Source: Octopus sinensis
Lineage: Eukaryota
Assembly (NCBI RefSeq): GCF_006345805.1
Contig: NW_021832237.1
Location: 1 to 62,318 of the forward strand
DNA: 62,318 nucleotides
Direction of reading: 5' to 3'
Position numbers and translations under genes: made by a program. Shown one piece after another: positions 25,374 to 35,760 of the stretch (positions are counted from its first letter, which is position 1; each line of letters starts with the position of its first letter). The notes beneath the pieces were generated by a model that saw only the letters and a list, made by a program, of their open reading frames with translations, was not told the DNA's origin and did not search any database.

Positions 25374-26846
25374 TGTATATGTATGTGAGTATGTACAAAA
25401 TTATTTAAAGGATATGAATCATCAAAATATCATACATAAAAGTATTAGAAATATGAGAAGTTATTGTTGTTTTTGAACTTATGTTGCAAGATGACGAACT
25501 CGCTAAGAAGACTTCATCCTTTCAGGAAGTTTGTGTCGCATCTCTCTTCCGATTCCTTCCAAGTAACTCCTCGACTTTAGTCATAATACACATCACGTAA
25601 ATCAATACCGATTTCCTAAAACTATGAAACTCCAATTTTATTTAACCTGCCTGCAACACAGCACAGATATTGCCCTTTTAGGATTGCAACTGTTTTCAGA
25701 TCTAAAAGGTGCTGATCGTCAGTCTAGAAAGCACGCCAGAGTAGCTCAGTGCCCCTTGTGTTGGTTGCTAACAGTCGATGTAACGCAGGAACTTTAATCT
25801 ATGTCATGTATGGAACACCAGACACAATTACTCATCATAAATGCTGTAAAATTACTTGGGTATAAAGATATTCGAAAGATGCACTAATGTACACACTAAA
25901 ATCATCATTCTAGGTGACCTGGACGAACTGGGATAAATTAAATCTTTCTCTTTAATTATATAATATCATTAATTTAGAGCAGCCAAGACTACATCTTGCA
26001 CCCATTCACCCTGACGTGCACTAATCAACCTACACGTTATCATAGCATATTAAACCTGATTCATTTTTTTACATAATAGAACCTCTACCCAATATCTAAA
26101 TATACGATATTTTTTCTTTCCTTCTCCATAACGTCATTGTGTTATTCATGCAGAACACTGAGACGCTAATTTACTTTCTCGAAAATCGACAGTAAGACAA
26201 TTGTTGTTTAATTGCTTGAAGTAGATTTTTGAAATAATTTTAAGCAATTTTCTTAAGTGTTTTAAGCACATTATTCCCAAGGACACGAATTTTCATGAGA
26301 AAACATTTGCATATTGCAAAATATCAAACGGCGAAAAGAAAATAAAGATAAAAATAGAAAGCCATACTTTTCAAGTGAATCGGTTAAGAAGGAGTGTTCA
26401 AGAAAATAAAGACTTTTTATTTCGTAACACTCAAATCTCCAAGTTACAAAACTTTTTAAAATAGCTCAACTTAGTATCAAAAATCTTTTCTATTCATACA
26501 ACTTTAAGAAAGAAAATTCTTTGAATCAAAGAGGGATGAGCAAGCTGAATGTTCAAATATATTCTGCGTTGTATTGTACAAATTTTTCGATCAACTGATA
26601 TTATAGGAATTATTCATATCTTGCTTATTGTTTTCAGATTTTAAACACCCGTTTTCGAATTCGTCTGATAATTTCAGGATTAGATTCAGTTAGTCGATGT
26701 GTTTTGTTTCACTATATCATTTATAAGACGCTAGAGTAACTTGTGTTTTGTATGCTGTACGCTACCCTGAGACATACTCCTTCAACTATGTTATTGGCAT
26801 TCATAATCAGCGTCAAAACATTGCCCTGTACTCCCTTTCTTTCCCA

Positions 26847-26877
<31 letters not shown>

Positions 26878-27004
26878 CATACATACATACATACATACAC
26901 ACATACTTATATATATATATATATATTTATATATTATATATATACACGTGTGAATACACACACACGTATGTATACATACATATATATATATATATATATA
27001 ATTA

Positions 27005-27270
27005 AAAAATTAGGGAATGGAGTATGTGGAACCTCAGGAGTAATAAATTATCCAAAGGAGTGGTAGACCGCAAGCTACCCCTCAGGCCAAGGATACCTTG
27101 ATTTTATGAAGTTTACATTGTCGTTAACATGGGATCTCCTGGCGAAAATGTAAACTCCATATAGAGTAGTTTGCGGTCTACCCTTGATTCGGATAATTAA
27201 CTATTGCTGAGGTTCCGATAGCTATGAAATATATGTTGCCCGGATTGTATCTCTCCATTCCTTAATTTTT
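27005..27270. repeat. Degenerate fold-back (inverted-repeat) element
   Basis: Nested inverted segments aaaaattagggaatggag / ctccattccttaattttt, ggaacctcag...ggtagaccgcaa / ttgcggtctacc...ctgaggttcc, and gtttacattgtcg / cgaaaatgtaaac. Confidence 0.7.
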
Positions 27271-27503
27271 GCATGTTTATTCGCATATACGACAACCCCT
27301 TTCGCTAACCGAGAGCTAGAGAATTAACTTTTTTCAGCTTGTCGTACTTCGATGTGGGAAAAATGTACAACCTTCCGCGCCAATAAACCACTATTGTTCC
27401 TGAAATTTCTTTTTTATATTTTCTACTGATTGGTTGAAGCTCATTAACTTCCTACACCTAGATCCTCGGATCTTACCTTTACATATCTATATCTATATTT
27501 ATA

Positions 27504-27575
<72 letters not shown>

Positions 27576-27757
27576 AATTAAGGACTGAGAACATAATCTT
27601 TTGTGGTGAATGGCGATTTGACGTCTATATCTAGCATGTTGACTGTCCACTTTTCGTGTTCAGTACTTATTGGTATATATAAATATTTTAATCTTCGGAT
27701 TCTTTTTTAATATGCTAGACCACTGGTCTTAATTGATAAATATCAATTCTACCCTTA

Positions 27758-27827
<70 letters not shown>

Positions 27828-27879
27828 GAGAGAGAGACAGAGAGAGAGAGATTACTCAAATGAATTCCAACTCTGTGTT

Positions 27880-28510
27880 TCGTGTTTTATTTATAATCTT
27901 ATAGTATTAATATAAGATATTAAATAAAATAGTAAAAATAAATGAAATGAAATATTAAATGTCCATTCTTATTGAACTAGTATACTTTCTTGTATTTATG
28001 CAAACTTCCGGTTCATATGGTTGTGGTGACAGTTGTGTTCATTGGTTTCAACTGTGGTTGACTGGTTAAATTTTGTCCTTTATATACATTCCTATGGATA
28101 GAAATAGTAGTTGCTTGGCTAGTTTTACAAACGATACCATACCATTTTTCAGTGTTTATTTTTAGAAAACATCACAGCAGTACTTTTTAGAGATTTTTAT
28201 ATTTTAGGTATGAGGATAAGACTTTTAAACCTTAAATAAGATTATTTTTTATCATAGTTTATTAAGCTTGGGTTTGAATTTATTAATAAAGTTCCTTTTC
28301 TCTCAGTTTTCTCTCGATTTCATTCGGATTGTATAGTTTATGAAATGGAAATATTTTAAATATTTTCCGGCCACATGTTGTTAGGTTGTTTCTCAGCGGT
28401 ATTTGGCGGACTTCTGGATTTTTAATTTGTTGCCGGAGCGTTCTGATAGTGCATTGCCTGTCTGGCCAACATACAGTTTTTCACAATTCGGGCATTTGAT
28501 GCAGTAGATT
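27880..28510 (-). mobile_element. Penelope-like GIY-YIG fragment + pLTR
   Basis: IYCIKCPNCEKLYVGQTGNALSER (GIY-YIG) and a downstream FINKFKPKLN-like end, then AT-rich pLTR. Confidence 0.8.
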
Positions 28511-29549
28511 TGGTCCCGTTGACTGCAGTATACTTCGGCCGTGATTGTTGAGCCAGGTTTAATTAAATCACAATGGATCACACCTGCACCAGACCATCAA
28601 ACACACACCATCAGCTTCTTTTGATGAATTTTGCTTTTTGGACTGTGTTTTGGTGGCTCGTCTTTGTCCAACCATTGCGCTGAACGTTTACAATTCGATT
28701 AAAAAATGATTCATTTTTGTGTCTGCTGTGTAATAATGTTCGTCCTTCGGTTCGAAGATGACCAACTGACATCATCTGATGGAACTGCCGCCATGAGACC
28801 GGAGGTGGCTGGTGAGGCCAATGTCTTTTCTCCATCGCCACAGGACTTTGGGATGGTGTCATGGCGTCATGATGTCGTGACATGCGCGTGACTTGGATTA
28901 TAGTGAGGGTGACTTGCGCAGGATCAGCCTCACTCTCTCGTCCTGGTGCGCCGGATCCAGTGGCAAGACAAAGTCAAGACGACTGGGGGTAGACCAAGAT
29001 GCAGGAGCTGCCGGAAGGTGGCACGCATGGCGCAATCCAACCGCCTTAGGGGCTCCACTCCGGATTTTGGATGGCCATTGACTCATGAGAGAGTTCCTCT
29101 GCCCTTTGACAGGTTTTGTTTTTAGTCCTGCTCGGTGTCCAAATCACCCTCCTCACCAAGAAATCTTGGTGGGGTTGCCAGTTTAGTCGCCAACGACCCG
29201 ACCATGTAACAGGTTGTACTGGGTTACATGTTACCAGTAGCTCCAAGCGGAGACCTGACATCGCTGTGTAATAACATTAGAATGAAATAATCCATTAATA
29301 TTCCGAGCTGTCTGTGATGCTGTATTTCCAAGAAAACTGTACGAATTTCCGACTTATCCATCTCTAAAAAAATAGCAAAAAACGATTTATAAATACTTTA
29401 TAAAGCACAGAATGAGCTAGAATAAAGAGATAGATGTGTCAGCTTTCTAACAAAAAATAAAGATTGCCAAAATATAATAATGGCGCAAAATGAGCAGCTG
29501 TCAAAGTTTACCATACACCTTACTACAAATTTCATACTTAACGACATAA
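28510..29549 (-). mobile_element. Internally deleted mariner transposon interrupted by an RTE derivative
   Basis: TA-flanked TIR-like end at about 29521-29549; MDKSEIRTVF...TARNIN from 29361; after the insertion RHKNESFFNRIV, SAQWLDKDEPPKHSPKSKIHQKKLMVCV*WSGAGVIHCDLIKPGSTITAEVYCSQ. Confidence 0.8.
28737..29262 (-). mobile_element. Bipartite non-autonomous RTE (BovB-like) derivative: 5' UTR joined to 3' end
   Basis: 12-bp TSD gctgtgtaataa (28725-28736, 29263-29274); RTE-type 5' UTR then DIGLTSHLRSH C-terminus and tail tggtcatcttcgaaccgaaggacgaac. Confidence 0.8.
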
Positions 29550-30213
29550 TAGTTGTTCGAGAGAAAATAAACGCTATGTTGTACTCAGCTCCAGTGGATA
29601 TGAACAGTTCATTCAAGATTAGTAAAGTAACAAAATAGTGAAGACGGAGAGCGTCTTGCAGTGAGAAAAGGCAAGGGCTCAATAGCCTTTATATATTTCA
29701 GGTCACAAATTCCTTCTGATGATGGCATTTGTGCCTGAAATACATAAAATGTATTAAACTACTTTTTCCTTTTCGCATAGTAAAAAGCTCTCTGTTTTCA
29801 CTGTTTTGTTATCATACTTCGTCATCACAATGCTTCAAGCAACAATGTTCATTTAAGTTTAGTTAGTAGGAGAACTTTTCTTCCTTACACTGATTATAAA
29901 TTTATTCGTACCTGTAATTACTAAGGCGCTGAATAATGTCAATATATGTTTGTTCTTAGAAAAGCTGAGTTTTTAGGTAAAGAGAGCTAATTTGTACTTT
30001 GCATCTTCAGTCTGCATGTGGAACAATGAAAATATGCGAAACTTTTCTGAAACACTAGATATACTCTTGTTGTCATCTAAATTTACATAATGGCGCGTCT
30101 TTTCTTAGAAACCAGCCCATTTTACAACGAGTTTAATAACTGAAAATTAAAAAGCAAATTTAAAAAACATACGTGCACACATACGTACATATGTGTGTGC
30201 ATATATATATATA

Positions 30214-30549
30214 TACTCTTACTCTTTTACTTGTTTCAGTCAGTTGACTGTGGCCATGCTGGAGCACCGCCTTTAGTCGAGCAAATCGACCTCAGGACTT
30301 ATTCTTTGTAAGCCTAGTACTTACTTTATCGGTCTCTTTTGCCGAACCGCTAAGTTACGGAGACGTAAACACACCAGCATCGGTTGTCAAGCGATGTTGG
30401 GGAGACAAACACAGACACAAAAACATATACACACGCATACATATATATATATATACATATATACGACGGGCTTCTTTCAGTTTCCGTCTACCAAACCCGG
30501 AACCATGTGGTTCGTAAGCAAGTTACTTACCACACAGCCACTCCTACGC

Positions 30550-30550
<1 letters not shown>
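30214..30550 (-). mobile_element. tRNA-derived SINE, family B (microsatellite in the middle), internally deleted
   Basis: Head ggcgtaggagtggctgtgtggtaag, deletion between cccggaacc and ctaccaaa, tail gagtaaaagagt. Confidence 0.85.
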
Positions 30551-30597
<47 letters not shown>

Positions 30598-31094
30598 GTA
30601 GGCGTATCCACCCACCCGAAGTTGCTGTCCTTATGCCAAAACTGGAAACTAATAGTTCGTGTGAAATGTGAGTATTAGCAATGACAGTTGACCGTAACAG
30701 TTGTTCAATTGTGTAGCGTAAATTGATTGACATAAGTTCGTGAAGCCATTGGTTTTAGCTGGGTTGTGAGTGTTTTCATCGTCGGCGTGGTCCAAAGTCG
30801 ATACTGAGCGGGGCAGATTCGCGCAGCCGTTGGTCATGGTTGAGTTGTGACAACTGGTTAGTTTGCAGACAAACCATATCTAGCTAATGTCTATCAAAGA
30901 AAGACAATAAAATTCATGACATCCTTTTCCTATCGGAGATTTGAGTGGTGAGTTTTTAGTGACGTAATCAATCTTTGATAGGATACTGTTAGTGTTATTT
31001 AGTTATTTCTTATCTGAACATAGTGTTTCGGGTTTCATTTCTAGGTAGCGAGCCAAATATTCTTGCTACTTGTGTGTGTGTGTGTGTGTGTGTG

Positions 31095-31131
<37 letters not shown>

Positions 31132-31139
31132 TGTGTATA

Positions 31140-31349
31140 CGAGATGTGCTGAAATGTTCCTGGCTTTGGGTAAAAAAAGATACAGGAGGATCAGTTAATT
31201 ATGATTTAGTTCAATATATTCCCCTCTCAGATTCACACTTGTTACGATCATTCAGTTTTTCTAAGCCCTGTAAAATAACTCGAATGATTGAGCCTGTAAC
31301 CAGACTTTCGCGACACTCTTGAAGCCAGGAACTTTTCACCAATCTCTTG
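31140..31349. mobile_element. Mariner-derived MITE, both TIRs
   Basis: TA|CGAGATGTGCTGAAATGTTCCTGGCTT ... AAGCCAGGAACTTTTCACCAATCTCTTG. Confidence 0.8.
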
Positions 31350-31384
31350 TGTGTGTGTATACATACATACGTATATATATATAT

Positions 31385-31584
31385 GTGTGACCTCGTGTGT
31401 ACCGTTGGCGATTTTTTTCCTCTGTCTTCCCTTTTCTGGATCTTTCCTTCTCCTATGTTTCCGACGAAGAGCTCCGCTCGAAACGTTAAACCCTCCTTCT
31501 TTCCTTCTTTCCTGAGCGTCCAATAATACTATATTTGTTTCACGTCCTCGCGTTGTTGTGTTTTTTGTGCTTTCTTGTTTGGAT

Positions 31585-31590
<6 letters not shown>
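31385..31590 (+). mobile_element. PLE terminus fragment with hammerhead motif (31457-31491)
   Basis: GUUU-CCGACGA-A-GAGC UCC GCUC-GAA-ACGU-U-AAAC; homologous to 25065-25265. Confidence 0.7.
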
Positions 31591-31656
<66 letters not shown>

Positions 31657-31756
31657 TTCAGATGAATATGGTACTTAAGTTAAAGGCACCAGAACTGCGT
31701 ATGGTATTATCCATATAAATCAAATGGGGTGATTATAATCAAAATAAGCAACAAGG

Positions 31757-32088
<332 letters not shown>

Positions 32089-32661
32089 GGGTGTGTACAT
32101 AGACATGTACGTACACATGTATGTATGTATTATCTGTGTACGAATGTGTGTATACGAAAGGACAATACAAAAATTCGCTTGAACAAAATCTGGGACTATT
32201 AAACACAAAGAAAACATTATATTGAAAAATAAAAAGAGCAGAAAGTGTGGACGCGGTGAAAGATAGGGAAGAGTCACCTTGAATAAACAGATGCAAGGTT
32301 AACTAGTGTAATTGCTAGATAATAAGATAACAAGCGTTGTACTAAATAAATAGTTGGCTAAATAATAAGATAATAAATGCTGTTCTAAATTAATAACTGT
32401 TTAAAATACGTGATGAGTTTATCAATATAGTTCCGCAAAATATGACAGGCCTAATATGCAAATTTCTTTTTAAAACTGCATAACTGAGATAGTTGGTAAG
32501 CTGTATACGTTGGGGTGAGTTCGACAGGTAAGTATTCATTTATATAGTATGATTGATTTCTGCAGTGAAAATATTATGAGTGTCATCATGTGTAAGTGAA
32601 TGTCACCAAAACTGACCCCTACCACAACGCAAAACGTACACACACACACACACACACACAC

Positions 32662-32728
<67 letters not shown>

Positions 32729-32730
<2 letters not shown>

Positions 32731-32964
32731 CAATTGCAGCGTGGAAGGTGTTTATAAGCCATTTAAGAAACACACAAAAACCGTTAGATTCACTTCAACA
32801 TTGAAATTTAATTTGCCAAAATATTTTCGTCGCTTTGAGACCGCGAACTGTTCTAGAGCAACGAATATATTTTGGCAATTTAAATTCAAATGTTGAAGTG
32901 AATCTAACGGTTTTTGTGTGCGTTTTTTAAATGGCTTATAAACACCTTCCACGCTGCAATTGTT
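32729..32964. repeat. Fold-back element, ~110-bp arms, ~10-nt loop
   Basis: aacaattgcagcgtggaaggtgtttataagcc... / ...ggcttataaacaccttccacgctgcaattgtt. Confidence 0.9.
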
Positions 32965-33022
32965 TTTGTTTCAGCACACGATTTCAGATCAGGTCACTTG
33001 TTATGCAAGTGCATCTCCGTTA

Positions 33023-33387
33023 TCTATTATATTAAATCCGTTCTGTCTGTCGGTGTTTGTGTCTTCTAGGATCTCGGGCATCCTCCATCTGATTGCGCTC
33101 AAATTTGATATGTAGATACCGACGGTATCAGGGTGTGAAAACATTATGAAAATCGATTCCAGGTGAGAATGGGATCGAAAAAGCTGTTGAAATGTGTATT
33201 TTTATGCGCAAGTACATCAGCTGTTGCGATCGATACTACGCGTACGCGAGAAAAATGCACGTGCAGTTTGCGCAAAAAAGGCCAGCTGGCTTTTTTTGCG
33301 CCACAAAATGGGACGGCCTGACAAGTTGTTTTGAGAAAATTTGGTTTAAATGTTTCACAACTCATTGGATGGGGGGCGTTTTGCTCG
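33023..33387 (+). mobile_element. Short non-autonomous Helitron-like element (Lep1/HINE type)
   Basis: A|TCTATTATATTAAA start, ctgtctgtc and gattgcgctcaaatttgata internal motifs, gggcgttttgCTCG|T end (degenerate CTAG), A/T insertion site. Confidence 0.5.
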
Positions 33388-33554
33388 TATATATATATAT
33401 ATATATTGAAGTAGATAAATGAATTATCTTATTACGGATTATTCAAATGATAACCGATACCTGGGTAGCAAAAATCACAACAGAAAAAGCACGATTGAGG
33501 TTACGACCATGGGGCCTAAAATCCGTGCCTTGGTGCGGAAATTTGAAGTTTTAC

Positions 33555-33942
33555 ATATTTAGTGTAGGAAGAAATGGAGCTGAACGAAGATTTAACAAAA
33601 TTCCTTTTTATTATTTTCTACATATGTTTCAAAGGCTGCAAAGTCCCTAATTCGGATTGAATAAGGAGTCCATTTTGCAGCCTTCTCTTCAGGAGAATCC
33701 AGGAACTTAATTCTCCAACAAAATGCACAGTAAGCTTTTCGACAAACGCTCACGAGGAGCCCATGGAATAAATGGCACAAACTGTCTATCAATATGCGTT
33801 GACGCCAGGCTGGGTGAAAGCCGACGAGAAAGTCCGTTGAGATAATTTAAGGTCAAAATCCGGTTAACAGAAGGGGAGTACAGGAAAATCAAAGAGTGTG
33901 AATGTATTCTGAATGTTCGTTCAGCTCCATTTCTTCCTACAC

Positions 33943-33949
<7 letters not shown>
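33555..33949. mobile_element. 395-bp element bounded by perfect 34-bp inverted repeats, containing a hammerhead
   Basis: atatttagtgtaggaagaaatggagctgaacgaa (33555-33588) and its exact reverse complement (33916-33949). Confidence 0.8.
33614..33697 (-). ncRNA. Type I hammerhead ribozyme motif, canonical core
   Basis: UUCUC-CUGAAGA-GAAGGCUGCAAA...UUUGCAGCCUUU-GAA-ACAUAUGU-A-GAAAA; 12-bp stem II, palindromic stem III. Confidence 0.75.
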
Positions 33950-33991
<42 letters not shown>

Positions 33992-33998
33992 TATATAA

Positions 33999-34415
33999 TA
34001 CTCTTTACTCTTTTACTTGTTTCAGTCATTTGACTGCGGCCATGCTGGTGCAACGCCTTTATAGTCGAGCAAATCTACCCCGGAGCTTATTCTTTGTAAG
34101 CCTAATACTTACCAGCCTAGTACTATCGGTCCCTTTTGCCGAACCCCTAAGTTACGGGGACCTAAACACACCAGCATCGGTTGTCAAGCGATGCTGGCGG
34201 GGGACAGACACACAAACATATACACACATACATATACATATATATATATATATATACGACGGGCTTCTTCCAGTTTCCGTCTACCAAATCCACTCACAAG
34301 GCTTTGGTCGGCCCGAGGCTATAGTAGAAGACACCCAAGGTGCCACGCAGTGGGGCTGAACCCGGGACCATGTAGTTGGTAAGCAAGCTACTTACCATAC
34401 AGCCATTCCTGCGCC
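33999..34415 (-). mobile_element. SINE family B, full length
   Basis: tRNA-like head, gtggcaccttggg core-like segment, internal (TA/TG)n, right half ending gagtaaagagt. Confidence 0.9.
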
Positions 34416-34854
34416 TATATATATATATATAACAAGCAATCTAGCTGGTTACGAAGTTAAAATGGCAGTATCGTCGATTTGTAGGGGACAATCGTGTTTA
34501 GGTGGCGCTAAACATTATGTGTGTGTGTGTGTGTATTTGGTGTTAAGCTTAGAGCCAGATTTTTCTACCCAAGTGGAACAGAGCTAAGCATTTTGGCTTG
34601 TTATGTTATCCGTGTTGATGGAGTTGGTAGTGGCTAGCAATTTCCTCAATTGAGACATATCGAAATATGAACAAATTTATGAAATTCACATTTGATATAC
34701 AATCGGAGCAGTTATGTCTCTTACTAGATGAGTTTATGTCTCTTACTAGAGGTCCATTCAAATTCCTCCTGCGACTACCACCACTCCTAAACCCGCCCAC
34801 ACCATTCTGATACATTTATTTATTCTTCTATTCGTTTATTCGTTTCACTCATTA

Positions 34855-35030
34855 AACAGCGACCATGAAGAATTTTAGTCAACTGAATCGCCCCCAATAC
34901 TTATTTTTTTAAACCTAGTAGTTTTTCTATTGATCTCTTTTGCCGAACTGCTTGATTACGGGTAGTTAAACACGCTAATACCAGTTGTATTAGTAGTGGG
35001 GGACAAACACACACACGCATACATACATAC
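34855..35030 (-). mobile_element. SINE family B, right half (diverged)
   Basis: gatctcttttgccgaactgc...ggggacaaacacac. Confidence 0.65.
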
Positions 35031-35039
35031 ATACATACA

Positions 35040-35593
<554 letters not shown>

Positions 35594-35682
35594 ATATATA
35601 TATATATATTATATTTTGGGAAATTTGATTTAGTATTTCGAAATTGAAATTTTCCCTGTAAGTTTGAAATAATATTCCCTCA

Positions 35683-35756
<74 letters not shown>

Positions 35757-35760
35757 TATT

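Noticed and set aside
25700-25797. Acceptor plus 32 open codons (DLKGADRQSRKHARVAQCPLCW...)
   Set aside because: Weak donor and no family similarity.
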